Notes: generated by a model not told the origin, from the sequence alone. 64,000 nt of DNA from Candidatus Poribacteria bacterium (GCA_965222225.1 CBDCTK010000002.1:3072001-3136000); one strand, 5' to 3'; counted from the first letter of the stretch, positions 19,648 to 30,317 are shown. A program made the numbers and translations.

Positions 19648-21066
19648 ATGAACCAAGCAATGAATTTTCCGGATCCAAATTTTCCACTTGTTCAACTACC
19701 GACGCAATTCCGCGCCCAGCGGCACACGATGGTGGATAGGCAGGTGGCGATAGGAGAAACCAAAGAGGTATTTCGGGCACAGGGTCCCGGGTGTGTGAGG
19801 CACATCTGGATTGTTCCAAATCCGATCTCGGACACCCGTTTTACCGAGGATTATATAGACAATTCCAATACCAACGCTATCATCAAAATCTACGTCGATG
19901 ACGAATCGCGGCCGTCAGTGAATATGGATCTGAAGCGGCTGTGCGGCGTGCTGCTCGATCAATCTCCGTATCGTGTCGACAACGCCGGGTTCGCAATTTT
20001 GCCCAGAAAAATGGGGTCGGTGCACGGCGACTGCTACAACATTTATTTACCAATTCCGTTCGCCAAGTCGTGCCGTATCACGATGGAGCCGTTGATGGAT
20101 CAGGTGATACGTATAATGGCGGACTGGCAACAGTTCCCCGAGGGTACGGACATCACCCCTTACCGTTTTCACGCGGTATATAGAAGTGAATACCCCGCGA
20201 GTCATCACTCATCCTTTCTCATGGCTGATTTATCGGGAAAGGGTTTTATCGCGGGTATCGTCAAAGGCATCAGACAGCGCGAGCACAGCGACATGATCTA
20301 TCATACCGGCGGGCAGGTGTGGATGATCGATGGGGAGAGCGATCCTCACGTCATGCGGGGGATCAACGAGGAGGATGATTTCGGATTCGGCTGGGGCTAT
20401 CACCCGGTGATGACACGCTGGATCGGTTGCCCGTATCACCGCTATGCGACCCGTACCGACCAGGACGGGGTTATCTACCGTTTGTTCGGCATGAATCCGG
20501 TAACGTTCGACTCCTCGCTGCTACTCCGTTGCGGGTCTCGCGCGGACGACACGGAGACCGTGGTGTACTACTACCGGGTGCCGGAAAGCCAAGCGCATCC
20601 GGTCACTTCGCCCGAATCGTGGGAAATTGCGGGGCCATTCGGATGCGGCAACTACGAGCAGTTCCTACAATCGGAAATCCCGGAGGAGGTAACTGGCGCC
20701 TGGACGGGACAGTTTCAAGAGGGCGAAGTGGAGTTCTCGGTACACTCCGCCAAAACGGAACACACATGGATTGACTTGTCAACCTACTGCCGTTCCGGCT
20801 CTCAGCGCCAATTGGATCGTTCCGCTTATGCCCGCACCACCATTGAGTCTGAGGAGGAGCGGTCAATCCAAATTCGGATCGGATTCGACGATTGGTTGAC
20901 CGTGTGGCTAAACGGTGAGAAGTTGGGAACCTTTCGCCATGACCACGGTTTCGCGGCGATTAACGTCCCCGCGCGTTTGAAGAAGGGCGCCAATAAACTG
21001 ATGGTCAAGCTCAGCAACTTTGAAAACATCACGCATGGGTGTTGGGCGATGAGTTGCTCACTATAG
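19648..21066 (+). CDS. DUF2961-family (GH172-like) protein with C-terminal beta-sandwich
   Basis: GPGCVRHIW, IKIYVDDE, YNIYLPIPFAKSCRI, FHAVYR, G..EDDFGFGW; C-terminal FDDWLTVWLNG...LKKGANKLMVK. Confidence 0.7.
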   Translation: MNQAMNFPDPNFPLVQLPTQFRAQRHTMVDRQVAIGETKEVFRAQGPGCVRHIWIVPNPISDTRFTEDYIDNSNTNAIIKIYVDDESRPSVNMDLKRLCGVLLDQSPYRVDNAGFAILPRKMGSVHGDCYNIYLPIPFAKSCRITMEPLMDQVIRIMADWQQFPEGTDITPYRFHAVYRSEYPASHHSSFLMADLSGKGFIAGIVKGIRQREHSDMIYHTGGQVWMIDGESDPHVMRGINEEDDFGFGWGYHPVMTRWIGCPYHRYATRTDQDGVIYRLFGMNPVTFDSSLLLRCGSRADDTETVVYYYRVPESQAHPVTSPESWEIAGPFGCGNYEQFLQSEIPEEVTGAWTGQFQEGEVEFSVHSAKTEHTWIDLSTYCRSGSQRQLDRSAYARTTIESEEERSIQIRIGFDDWLTVWLNGEKLGTFRHDHGFAAINVPARLKKGANKLMVKLSNFENITHGCWAMSCSL

Positions 21067-21247
21067 TCATTGCAACTAAGAATTACACATGTGTTTATAA
21101 CATACCCAATTTCCCACCCATTCCCATTGAGCGGGTCGGGCTTCCAGCCCGACCCGCTCAATGGGAAACGTTGCAAACCAGGAGATTGTGAGCTACGTCG
21201 AGCCAATCAACGCTCATATGTGTAAATATAAATGCAAATGACTATAG
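21061..21247. mobile_element. MITE with terminal inverted repeats and an internal perfect hairpin
   Basis: CTATAGTCATTGCAACTAAGAATTACACAT ... ATGTGTAAATATAAATGCAAATGACTATAG; internal TTCCCATTGAGCGGGTCGGGCT-tcc-AGCCCGACCCGCTCAATGGGAA. Confidence 0.7.
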
Positions 21248-21316
21248 AGAACCTGGATTAGGTTTTGTTGACATTTTTCCGAGGCGTGTCTGTAATTCGC
21301 CCAGAAATACCTAATT

Positions 21317-21343
21317 GTAGGGGCGAGGTGACCTCGCCCCTAC
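21317..21343. repeat. GTAG-type palindromic REP
   Basis: GTAGGGGCGAGGTGACCTCGCCCCTAC. Confidence 0.75.
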
Positions 21344-21481
21344 AATATAGGGTCACGTAACGCGCCGGAATCTTGCAATTATCCCAAATCGCCTCAAGGC
21401 GCATATGGAGATAGGTTCAGTTTGTCAAATGTCAACAGAACTTAGGCATTCTGTAAAGAGAAGGATTAGACAGAGCAAGCT

Positions 21482-22336
21482 ATGGGAACAAGATTGGAAG
21501 GCAAAGTAGCTATCATTACCGGTGCAACGCTGGGACTCGGGAAAGCGGCGGCATTGCTGTTCGCCAGAGAGGGCGCTTCGGTTGCCGTCTGCGACCGGGG
21601 TCGAACACCGGAAAACGCCCAAAAGCTGCTTGATGCGGCGGTAGGGCTCCCCGGCGAAATCGCCTACAAGAAGTGCGATGTCATGGATAAGGATGACATC
21701 GCCGCGCTTGTGGAATTCACTCAGGCGCGGTACGGGAGGATTGACGTGATGGTGAACAACGCCATTATCGACAATCCCGGCGGGAGGCTGGAGGATGTCA
21801 CGGTTGAAGATTGGGAAGACGGGTTGTTCTGTCATTTGAGGGCACCGCTAGTTTTCTGTAAGGCGGTGGTGCCGCTGATGATTGAGCAGGGCGGCGGGAG
21901 CATTATCAATGTCTCATCGGGCAATGCGCTGTTCGGAAGTCCCAGTATCTCATCGTACGGTCCAGCCAAGGCGGGCATGATTAACTTCACGAAGAGTTTA
22001 GCGGTTACCTACGGACCTTACGGGATTCGCGCCAACGCGCTGACGCCCGCGCGAATGCTGACTGAGAAAAAACTCGAAATGCTTGAAGGCAATCCGGCAG
22101 AGGTCAGAAGACAGAAATTTCTCTATCCGCGGGGCAATCCGGCGCAGCCGGAGGAGGTGGCGGAGGTCATGCTGTTCTTGGCTTCGGATGAGTCGTCCGC
22201 CGTCACCGGGCACAGCTTGGTTGCGGATTGCGGGGCGTCGGCGTTCAATCCGCTGAGTATTCCGGGGCGACTGGAACGGAATATCCGAGAGGAGTTGGAA
22301 GCGCAAGGCTCGGAATGGCTGCATGGCGAGAAGTAA
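21482..22336 (+). CDS. Short-chain dehydrogenase/reductase
   Basis: TGATLGLG, VNNA, YGPAK, IRANALTP. Confidence 0.92.
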   Translation: MGTRLEGKVAIITGATLGLGKAAALLFAREGASVAVCDRGRTPENAQKLLDAAVGLPGEIAYKKCDVMDKDDIAALVEFTQARYGRIDVMVNNAIIDNPGGRLEDVTVEDWEDGLFCHLRAPLVFCKAVVPLMIEQGGGSIINVSSGNALFGSPSISSYGPAKAGMINFTKSLAVTYGPYGIRANALTPARMLTEKKLEMLEGNPAEVRRQKFLYPRGNPAQPEEVAEVMLFLASDESSAVTGHSLVADCGASAFNPLSIPGRLERNIREELEAQGSEWLHGEK

Positions 22337-22441
22337 ATATCAATCGAGCGAGTGAATAACGACCGATCAAAGGAAGGATCAAGGAAGCGAATAGCGAGCG
22401 CGATAGTGATCCACTTGCCACTGTGTCTAGGGAGGATTTCT

Positions 22442-23077
22442 GTGGAATATATTCCTATATTTCAACTATTTCAACCTTATGAGTTTGGCGAGAGGGAGAA
22501 AGCTTCGCTGGACAGAGACGGACCCTTTCTCCTGCCCGGCATTCTGACGCCGGGGGCTTGCGAGCGGTTGACGGCGTCGCTGTCGCACATTGAAGACCTG
22601 ATGCCCTCCGCCGTCAAAGGGCAAGAGCCTAGCAGCTTTGCCGCGGAGTACGACTCCTATCTGGAGAGCCTCATCCTGCATCCACAGATGTGTGATTTAG
22701 TACGCGGAATTCTGGGTGAAGAGATTCGATTTGACCACTGCGTGACGCTCAACCGCCCGGGCGGAAACGGGGGTTTGCATTGGCACAGCCACGAATACGC
22801 GGATGATGATCCGAGCTTAGGTTTTTTGCGCATCTTCTTCTACGTCAACGGGTTTGAGGCTGGCGACGGCGGCTTGAAAGCCGTGCCGGGCAGCGTCGTC
22901 TTGATGTGGACGCACGCCGCGCACGCGGTCAGTCCGAGACGCGCGAGCAGCGATATGCGATGGACGGTGGTGTACGCCTACCGAAATCCGGGCAGCCCCA
23001 CTCTGGCGCGTTGGCTTACGCCGGAATTTGAACAAAAGCAGATTCACGGCGCCAAGCGTCTCATGAACCTATATTGA
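22442..23077 (+). CDS. PhyH-family dioxygenase with a 44-aa in-frame deletion (possibly inactive)
   Basis: GTG start after GGAGG; WHSH; AVPGS joins VVLMWTH directly, unlike paralog 23259-24017. Confidence 0.75.
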   Translation: MEYIPIFQLFQPYEFGEREKASLDRDGPFLLPGILTPGACERLTASLSHIEDLMPSAVKGQEPSSFAAEYDSYLESLILHPQMCDLVRGILGEEIRFDHCVTLNRPGGNGGLHWHSHEYADDDPSLGFLRIFFYVNGFEAGDGGLKAVPGSVVLMWTHAAHAVSPRRASSDMRWTVVYAYRNPGSPTLARWLTPEFEQKQIHGAKRLMNLY

Positions 23078-23258
23078 GTCATGTAGGTTGAGTTGAACAG
23101 AAACCGCATAGTTCATCGGTAGAATCGATACTGCCTCTTTCTAAGTGAATGAGAAAGCGAGATAGCAACGGTGAAACCCAACTCTCAAGCCGGTCGCGTG
23201 TAACGCTTTGCTGACCACTAATCACTAGCCACTGGTCACTGATTTTCAGAGGATTCCC

Positions 23259-24017
23259 GTGGAACATATCCCCATATTTCTACCTTACGAGTTTGGCGAG
23301 AAAGAGAAAGCCCTATTGGACAAAGACGGGCACTTTCTCCTGCCCGGCATCCTGACGCCGCAGGCTTGTGAGCGACTGAAGGCGTCGTTGTCGCACATTC
23401 AAGACTTGACCCCGTCCGCTGTCGAAGGTCACAAGCCCAACCATTTTGCGGCGGAATACGACTCCTATCTGGAGGGCCTCCTCTCGCATCCGCAGATGCT
23501 CGACTTGGCGCGGAGAATTCTCGGTGAGGAGATCCGATTTGACCACTGTGTGACGCTCAACCGCCCGGGCGGCAACCGAGGCTCGCATTGGCACAGTCAT
23601 GAATACGCGGATGACAACCCTAGCTTGGGTTTTGTTCGCATCTTCTTCTACGTCAACGGTTTTGAGGTTGATGATGGCGGCTTGGAAGCGGTGCCGGGCA
23701 GCCACCACTACCGGGACGCAAAAATCAAGGCAGAAACGGACGAGGCGCTAAAGACGGGATGGATGGCGGGAAAGACGCACCCCTTGACGGGGGAACCGTT
23801 GGAGATACAGGATTTGACCGCTCCGGCGAGAACAGTCGTCTTGATGTGGACACACGCCGCGCACGCAGTCAGTCCGAGACGCGCATGCAGCGATACGCGA
23901 TGGACCGTGGTATACGGTTACCGAAATCCGGGCTGCCCATCGGCTCCGCGTTGGATTACCCCGGAATTTGAAGCGAAACGGATTCCCGGCGCCGAGGGGT
24001 TGATGGGCCTCTATTGA
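23259..24017 (+). CDS. PhyH-family dioxygenase
   Basis: HWHSHE, GGLEAVPGSH, WTHAAHAV. Confidence 0.8.
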   Translation: MEHIPIFLPYEFGEKEKALLDKDGHFLLPGILTPQACERLKASLSHIQDLTPSAVEGHKPNHFAAEYDSYLEGLLSHPQMLDLARRILGEEIRFDHCVTLNRPGGNRGSHWHSHEYADDNPSLGFVRIFFYVNGFEVDDGGLEAVPGSHHYRDAKIKAETDEALKTGWMAGKTHPLTGEPLEIQDLTAPARTVVLMWTHAAHAVSPRRACSDTRWTVVYGYRNPGCPSAPRWITPEFEAKRIPGAEGLMGLY

Positions 24018-24341
24018 GCCATGTAGGTTGGGTTGAACAAGAAATATCATATAAAAGCAAATAGCGTGCTATTTCTCAAGTAAACTGGCGTGCGAGACAG
24101 TAATAGTGAAACCCAACACTGTAGGAGCGATCTCCGAATCGCGACCTTTTAGAAATCAGTGCTGTAGGGAGGAATCAGCGATTAAGCGAGTGAACAACGA
24201 GGAATAAAGCGACTGGTCAAGGAGCAGGATTTTCTATCGCCTTCCTTATCCAGTCAGTTAATCGCTCACTATCCGCTCGCTTGATCCCAACCTACGGGCT
24301 ATTCACCCCATAGCCCTAATACCAATCAGGAGTGATTTTCA

Positions 24342-25490
24342 ATGGCAGACCCAAAGATAACGAAAATCGAAGTTGTGGTTTACGAACACGAGATCCAGGA
24401 CATGGGAACCGATTACAACGGGTTCAACACGGTCTACGAGAAGGGAAGCATTCTCAAGATGCGGCCCTCAATTCTTCGGATTCATACGAACACCGGGATC
24501 ATCGGCGAATCGGACGGCGGGCGGTTGTCCGACAATGTCGTGCGCTATCTACTGGGCAAGAATCCGTTTCATCGCGAGAAAATCTACAACGATCTGAAAC
24601 GTGGGCTGCGCCACACGGACCGCACGGCTATCAGTTCGGTTGATGTCGCGTTGTGGGATTTTGCGGGAAAGGCGCTCGGCGCCCCGATTTACCAACTTCT
24701 CGGCGGTTACAAGAAAACCATCCCCGCCTACGCAAGCACCTATCACGGCGATGAGAACGGCGGGCTTAGCACGCCAGAAGCCTTCGCCGATTTCGCGGAA
24801 CAGTGCAGCGAGTTAGGGTACTGCGCCTTCAAGATTCACGGTTGGGGGAATGCGCCGATTGAGCGCGAGGTGGCAAATGTTCTCGAGGTCGGGAAGCGCG
24901 TGGGGGATCGGATGGACCTGATGCTCGATCCGGCGTGTGAATTGGAAACTTGGGCGGACGCGCTCAAGGTGGGGAAAGCGTGCGATGCGGCAAACTTTTT
25001 CTGGCTGGAGGATGCTTATCGAGACGGCGGCGTGTCGATATTCGGGCATCGGAAACTGCGCGAGTTAATCAACACGCCACTGCTGCAGACAGAGCACGTT
25101 TTCGGACTGGAGCAGCACGTCGACTTTATCGTGAACGGCGGTACGGATTTCGTGCGCACGGGCACCTACGAAGATGGCGGGATTACCGGCGCCATGAAGG
25201 TCGCACACGCGGCAGAAGGTTTTGGTTTGGATGTGGAGTTCCACGGCGGAGGCCTGGCGCATCGGCACTGCATCGCTGCCGTCCGAAACACCAACTATTA
25301 TGAACTGGGGCTGTTGCACCCGTTGATTCATCAGACGAAGCCGCCAATCCGCCCGCCCGAATTTACCGACGAATTCGAGAATATTGACGAAAACGGTCAT
25401 GTGCCGGTGCCGCAGGGGCCCGGAATCGGGGTGGAGATGGATTGGGATTATATTGAACATCACCGGGTTGATGGCGTTGTCTACGAATGA
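24342..25490 (+). CDS. Mandelate racemase/muconate lactonizing enzyme family protein
   Basis: VDVALWDFAGKALGAPIYQLLGG, FKIH, LMLD, WLED, PQGPGIG. Confidence 0.9.
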   Translation: MADPKITKIEVVVYEHEIQDMGTDYNGFNTVYEKGSILKMRPSILRIHTNTGIIGESDGGRLSDNVVRYLLGKNPFHREKIYNDLKRGLRHTDRTAISSVDVALWDFAGKALGAPIYQLLGGYKKTIPAYASTYHGDENGGLSTPEAFADFAEQCSELGYCAFKIHGWGNAPIEREVANVLEVGKRVGDRMDLMLDPACELETWADALKVGKACDAANFFWLEDAYRDGGVSIFGHRKLRELINTPLLQTEHVFGLEQHVDFIVNGGTDFVRTGTYEDGGITGAMKVAHAAEGFGLDVEFHGGGLAHRHCIAAVRNTNYYELGLLHPLIHQTKPPIRPPEFTDEFENIDENGHVPVPQGPGIGVEMDWDYIEHHRVDGVVYE

Positions 25491-25762
25491 TCGCGGATGT
25501 GTGGATTCGTAGTCAGGACCAGCAAGCAGAGGAGGGAAACTGGGGATTTGACTATCGCAACCATCCTCTGTAGGAGCGACCTCCCGGTCGCGATTATCCT
25601 TTTGTGGATACCTTGATGTCCAGTTTCGCGAGCAGGAGAAGTTCTCTATCGCACTCGCTATGCGCTCGCTCGATCTCCTACAGAAGACGTGCAGTAACGG
25701 AATTTCTATCGAATCTCTATGGGAGTTCTATCGCGTTCCCTATCCGGTCACTTGATCCCAGA

Positions 25763-25791
25763 TTTACATTTCCCGCGAGATTTGCTATAAT
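25763..25791 (+). promoter_or_regulatory. Sigma70-like promoter
   Basis: TTTACA-17 nt-TATAAT with extended -10 TG, upstream of GGAGG and ATG 25850. Confidence 0.7.
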
Positions 25792-25849
25792 CCGTTTGAA
25801 AGCAGTAAAGACTACTACGTATTTCAACGCAACCGGGAGGAGCACTCAT

Positions 25850-26908
25850 ATGAAGATATTAATTACAGGTGGGACGGGAAGGATTGGGGGGAATCTTGCC
25901 AAACGTTTGCTGGAAAAGGGGCACGACATCCGCAGTTTCGTCTACCCCGCCGATGCCAGCCGCGTGGATAAACTTGACGAGTATGACCGCGTCGAAACGG
26001 TTGTCGGGGATTTGCGCAACTTCGACGATGTGAAACGCGCCGTGAATGGGGTGGACGCCATCTATCATCTCGCCGCGGCATTTGTCGGACCTTTCGACAA
26101 TCTGCAATATCTAAACATCAACGGCATGGGAACGCTCAACATTTTGGAGTGTATTCGCACGGATTGTCCCAATCTGCACCGTTTCGTTTATGCCTGCACC
26201 GAGGCGATTTATTGGCGCCTGGGGGAAAAGGGGCGCTATTTCGAGGAACCGATTACCGAGGATATGGTCAGCCGCTACAAGCAGATGCCGTACTTCTTGA
26301 CCAAATGGGTTGGCGAGGAGTTGAGCATGAGCTATCACCTTCAGTATGGCGTTCCGACGACCGTCTTCCGTTTCGCTACCGTGATTGAGCCGGGCGAGTT
26401 TCTAAACAAAGATGGTTTGCCGGGGCTTTTCCTATTCAGTCCGGCTTATAATCGCGTCAAAGACGAATCGAGAGAGGATGCGGACGAGCGGGAGATTATT
26501 GAGACCCTCAAATCGCTTTGGACGGGCGAGGAAAAGTTCCTGCTAACCCGCAACCCGAACGGGACGCCGTACAAACAGGAATTTACGGATGTACGCGACA
26601 TTGTGCAGGGACTGGTTTTGGGGATTGAGAAAGATGAGGCGCTCGGCGAGGAGTTCACGCTTGGCGGGGCGGCGCTGTTTAAGTGGGAGGAGGCTGTGCC
26701 CTACCTCTCCGAGCGATATAACTTGGACTATGTCGATGCGAGAGTGCTGAGTTCCAACCATTTCGAGTTCGATCTCACCAAGATTAAGGCATTGCTGGGA
26801 TATCAGCCCCAACACGATTTGGAAAGCGTTCTTGATACCGCCGAAGCGATACGGCGCGGCGAAGAGGTAGGTATTATTCCGACGGGCATCCGATGGGGGA
26901 AGGCGTGA
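25850..26908 (+). CDS. NAD-dependent epimerase/dehydratase
   Basis: MKILITGGTGRIG, IYHLAA, YFLTK; ORF-track upstream extension is repeat DNA. Confidence 0.9.
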   Translation: MKILITGGTGRIGGNLAKRLLEKGHDIRSFVYPADASRVDKLDEYDRVETVVGDLRNFDDVKRAVNGVDAIYHLAAAFVGPFDNLQYLNINGMGTLNILECIRTDCPNLHRFVYACTEAIYWRLGEKGRYFEEPITEDMVSRYKQMPYFLTKWVGEELSMSYHLQYGVPTTVFRFATVIEPGEFLNKDGLPGLFLFSPAYNRVKDESREDADEREIIETLKSLWTGEEKFLLTRNPNGTPYKQEFTDVRDIVQGLVLGIEKDEALGEEFTLGGAALFKWEEAVPYLSERYNLDYVDARVLSSNHFEFDLTKIKALLGYQPQHDLESVLDTAEAIRRGEEVGIIPTGIRWGKA

Positions 26909-26915
26909 ATCGCAA

Positions 26916-27160
26916 GAGCTTGTTTGACAAATAGGTGGCAAAACAATTTTCGGACACCTGGGCCAGGGCTTTTATCATGTTTTTGTTGCCGCCCCCTATA
27001 CACCTGTCGCCCCGCTGGGGCTTGAGTGCGCAGGATTTTGCGGTTTCTATAAACCTTTCGCCCCTCCAGGGCTTTCAAAGACTGGTGCAGGGGTTTTATC
27101 TTAATCAAAGATTAGTTTCAGGGCAGTGGCTCTGCTCGAAATAAGTTTTCAAACAGGTTC
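26916..27160. mobile_element. IS5-type MITE enclosing a REP doublet
   Basis: GAGCTTGTTTGACAAA ... TTTTCAAACAGGTTC resemble the ends of the IS5 element at 60210-61096. Confidence 0.7.
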
Positions 27161-27175
27161 TAATGGAGTCCACGA

Positions 27176-28348
27176 ATGAGTATGAATGCAGAAAATTATC
27201 CGCGAGACATCAGAATAACGAAGATTGAACAGGTGACGTTGCAGGTGGATCGCCCCGAAATCGGGACTAACTCGCGGGCAGAAGAGATAATCTATCCCGA
27301 GCCGAGCTGGAAGTGGGATGAAGGCGTCATCCGTATCTACACTAGCGACGGCACGCTGGGATGGGGCGTCGGACGCGCCGATGCGGAACTCGCGCGACGC
27401 GCCTTGAATCGTAGTCCATTCGATCTACTCAACCCGGCAACGGGCGTCACGGACGAATTCAGAGGGCTTGAAAACGCCCTGTGGGACACTATTGGCAAGA
27501 TACTCGGGGTACCGGTGTATCAGCTCATCAGCGACCAAAGTTATGCGGATTGGCTGCCGGTTTACGATAGCACCATCTACTTCAACGATCTCCTGTACGA
27601 CTCGAAAGAGGCGGGGCTGAAACGGATAGCGGAAGATGCGGAAAGCAGCGTAAGGAACGGCTTTCGGGCGTGCAAGATGAAGATTGGGCGCGGTTGTTTC
27701 CTCATGGATCACGACGAAGGTTTGAAGCGGGACATCGAGGTTGTCAAAATCATGCGCAAGATTGCCGGCGAGGATTTCAATATCCACGTCGATGCGAATA
27801 ACGGCTACACGTATGACGAGACGGTCGCCTTCTTGGACGCGACAAGCGATGTCGGCGTTTTCTGGATAGAGGAGATGTTTGACGAGGAGGTTGAGGCATA
27901 CCGCAATCTGAAAGCGGCTATCAAGAAACGAAACCTGAAGACGTTTATCGCCGATGGCGAGACCCGAACGCGCGAGCCGCTGGAGTTCTACGACCCGTTC
28001 TTTCGGGAGGGCGTGCTGGATGTCATTCAGCACGACATTCGCGGGCTTGGCATCACCGGCTGGCGGCGGCTTGCCAAGATGGCGGGCGAACACGGCGTGA
28101 AGTGCGCGCCGCACAACTGGTCATCGTTGCTCGGGCTTTTTTTGAGCTTTCAGTTTGGCAAGGCGATCCCGAATTTCCTCTACGGGGAATGCGCGACCCT
28201 CACCAGCGATGTCATCGATACCTCGGGATATATCTTCAAGGACGGCGCTTTCAGCGTTCCCGACACCCCGGGACTCGGTTTGGAATTGAATCAGCGGGTT
28301 TATTATGAGCGGTACGCCGGGCGCGAGACGTGGGTGTTGGAGTGTTGA
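27176..28348 (+). CDS. Mandelate racemase/muconate lactonizing enzyme family protein
   Basis: ENALWDTIGKILGVPVYQL, KMKIG, VDANNG, WIEE, DGE, PHNW, PGLG. Confidence 0.9.
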   Translation: MSMNAENYPRDIRITKIEQVTLQVDRPEIGTNSRAEEIIYPEPSWKWDEGVIRIYTSDGTLGWGVGRADAELARRALNRSPFDLLNPATGVTDEFRGLENALWDTIGKILGVPVYQLISDQSYADWLPVYDSTIYFNDLLYDSKEAGLKRIAEDAESSVRNGFRACKMKIGRGCFLMDHDEGLKRDIEVVKIMRKIAGEDFNIHVDANNGYTYDETVAFLDATSDVGVFWIEEMFDEEVEAYRNLKAAIKKRNLKTFIADGETRTREPLEFYDPFFREGVLDVIQHDIRGLGITGWRRLAKMAGEHGVKCAPHNWSSLLGLFLSFQFGKAIPNFLYGECATLTSDVIDTSGYIFKDGAFSVPDTPGLGLELNQRVYYERYAGRETWVLEC

Positions 28349-28665
28349 GGATTCGCAGAAGCGGGAATTGGTGATTTGATAATTGAAGATTGCATGCTAG
28401 CGCTCCCAAAGGCTGGTGAGATCTCTATCGCGGTCGTTATTCACTTCCTTAATCGCAGTGCGCACCCTACAGGAATTGTATCGCAGAGGGAGGGAATAAA
28501 CCGCCCTACCACAGTGCCTCTAGTAGGTTGGCTTGAACGATCTCGCTCGATCCTTGCCAGAGCGCCATCTTGGATCGTCCTAGCTAAAACAAACCTTTCA
28601 ACACCAAACAAGAGGTAGCGGTTAGACGGAGTGTTTTAGGGTACATATTGCACGGAGTCCTCGGT

Positions 28666-28950
28666 ATGGACATCGGGTCTGTATGGGACCAAGAGCAGTA
28701 TAAAGAGGTGCAGAAGAATCACCACCTCCAGTTTTATGAGGTGGTTTCTGCATTCGATGATCCGAACGGATACGAGGTGGCTGATCCTGCCGGGCATGAA
28801 GACCGATGGATGTGGATTGGGCGGTCGGCGCACGGTCGGGTATTGGCAGTCGTCTATGCCGAGGAAGATGTACGGCTCTATCGTCTAATTACAGCATTCG
28901 ACGCGGAGAGGAGATTTCGCGATGAATACGACAACCAAGGCGGAATTTGA
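28666..28950 (+). CDS. BrnT-like toxin
   Basis: WD..KEVQKNHHLQFYEVVSAFDDP..HEDRWMWIG..VLAVVYAE..RLITAF. Confidence 0.7.
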   Translation: MDIGSVWDQEQYKEVQKNHHLQFYEVVSAFDDPNGYEVADPAGHEDRWMWIGRSAHGRVLAVVYAEEDVRLYRLITAFDAERRFRDEYDNQGGI

Positions 28951-30166
28951 TTATCAAGCCTATCTCAATGAGCAGGCGCCGGATCTAAGCGAAATTCATC
29001 GCGGGCCTCAGGCACGCCAAAGGCGGCGGAGAGCCGCTGTCCACAATAATCGCGGTCTCGCGTACCATGAAAATGCCCATTATGACCGCGCCGTCAAAGC
29101 TTTTACCAAAGCCATCGGCCTAAGACCAGATTTTGCTTTAGCCTATCGCAATCGAGGTCTAGCCTACCGGAGCACGGGCGAGGTGGACCGTGCGATTGGA
29201 GACTTTGACACGGCGATAGAACTGAACCCGGATTGTCCCGAAGCCTATTACAATCGCGGAATGGCTTATTACGAAAGGCGCGACTTCGAGTCTACTATTA
29301 GAGACCAAAGTAGGGCGATAGCGCAGAAACGGGATTACCCCGACGCTTATACCAGCCGCGGGAACGCTTACCGCCATATCGGGGACATCGACCGCGCTCT
29401 TGCAGACTATAACACGGCGATAGAGCTTAGCCCAGATGATGCCGGCGCTTACAATAATCGCGGCGTAGCTTACGCGAAACAGTGCGAGTATGACAGCGCC
29501 GTCGAGGACTTCTCCACAGCGATAGCGTTGAAATCTGACGATTCCGACGCCTACAATAATCGCGGGAATGCCTACAGCGACAAAGGCGATTTTGACCGCG
29601 CCATCCAAGATTACACCAAAGCGATAAACCTCAATCCGAATGATGCCGTAGCCTATAGCAATCGCGGGGGCGCTTACCGCAACAAGGGCGAGGTGGACCG
29701 CGCTATAGAAGATTGTAATACGGCGATACAACTAACGCCAGACTATGCGGACGCCTATACGAATCGCGGCGCAGCTCACCGCAACAAAGGAGAGGTTGAT
29801 CGTGCCATTGAAGACTATAACACGGCGATAAACTTAAAACCCGATTTCGTCGAAGCCTATTACAACCGCGGCGTGGCTTACATCAACAAGGGGCATTACG
29901 ACCGCGCCATCGAAGACTTCACCAAAGCGATAGGTTTGAAGCCCGACCTTGCCGTAGCCTATCACAGCCGCGGCGAATCGTGGTTACGCCTGAAAGTGTG
30001 GGAGAAAGCCAGGTTAGACTTGACGGTTGCTGTGGCGATGGGCGTAAATATCATCAACGAGTTTCGTGACGACAAAGGGGGCTCCCTGGATTTGGACGGG
30101 AAAAACGGTGTTCAGTTACCGGAGGATATCGCTGAACTGCTGAGATGGCAAGGGTACGAGGGATGA
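28922..30166 (+). CDS. TPR-repeat protein with short antitoxin-like N-terminus
   Basis: About ten 34-aa repeats AY(N/Y)NRG.AY..KG..DRAI.D...AI.L.P; overlaps the toxin stop. Confidence 0.88.
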   Translation: MNTTTKAEFDYQAYLNEQAPDLSEIHRGPQARQRRRRAAVHNNRGLAYHENAHYDRAVKAFTKAIGLRPDFALAYRNRGLAYRSTGEVDRAIGDFDTAIELNPDCPEAYYNRGMAYYERRDFESTIRDQSRAIAQKRDYPDAYTSRGNAYRHIGDIDRALADYNTAIELSPDDAGAYNNRGVAYAKQCEYDSAVEDFSTAIALKSDDSDAYNNRGNAYSDKGDFDRAIQDYTKAINLNPNDAVAYSNRGGAYRNKGEVDRAIEDCNTAIQLTPDYADAYTNRGAAHRNKGEVDRAIEDYNTAINLKPDFVEAYYNRGVAYINKGHYDRAIEDFTKAIGLKPDLAVAYHSRGESWLRLKVWEKARLDLTVAVAMGVNIINEFRDDKGGSLDLDGKNGVQLPEDIAELLRWQGYEG

Positions 30167-30317
30167 TGAATTGGTATTGCGGTCAAATTATTGTAGGGGC
30201 CGTATCAGCAGATGAGGTGTATTTCCAGTAATTCCAGGCGTTAAAATCTGACCAAAACTAGTCGGAGTTTATTCCGTAAACCTCCTTGATTTCTGTCAAA
30301 AGGATGGAGGTAAGTTC

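Noticed and set aside
25604-25849. N-terminal extensions of ORFs starting at 25604, 22352 and 15007
   Set aside because: They translate REP/mini-element DNA; better starts exist at 25850, 22442 and 15151.
28922-30166. TPR repeats as a DGR target or DNA repeat array
   Set aside because: Similarity follows ordinary 34-aa protein repeats; no non-coding template copy seen.
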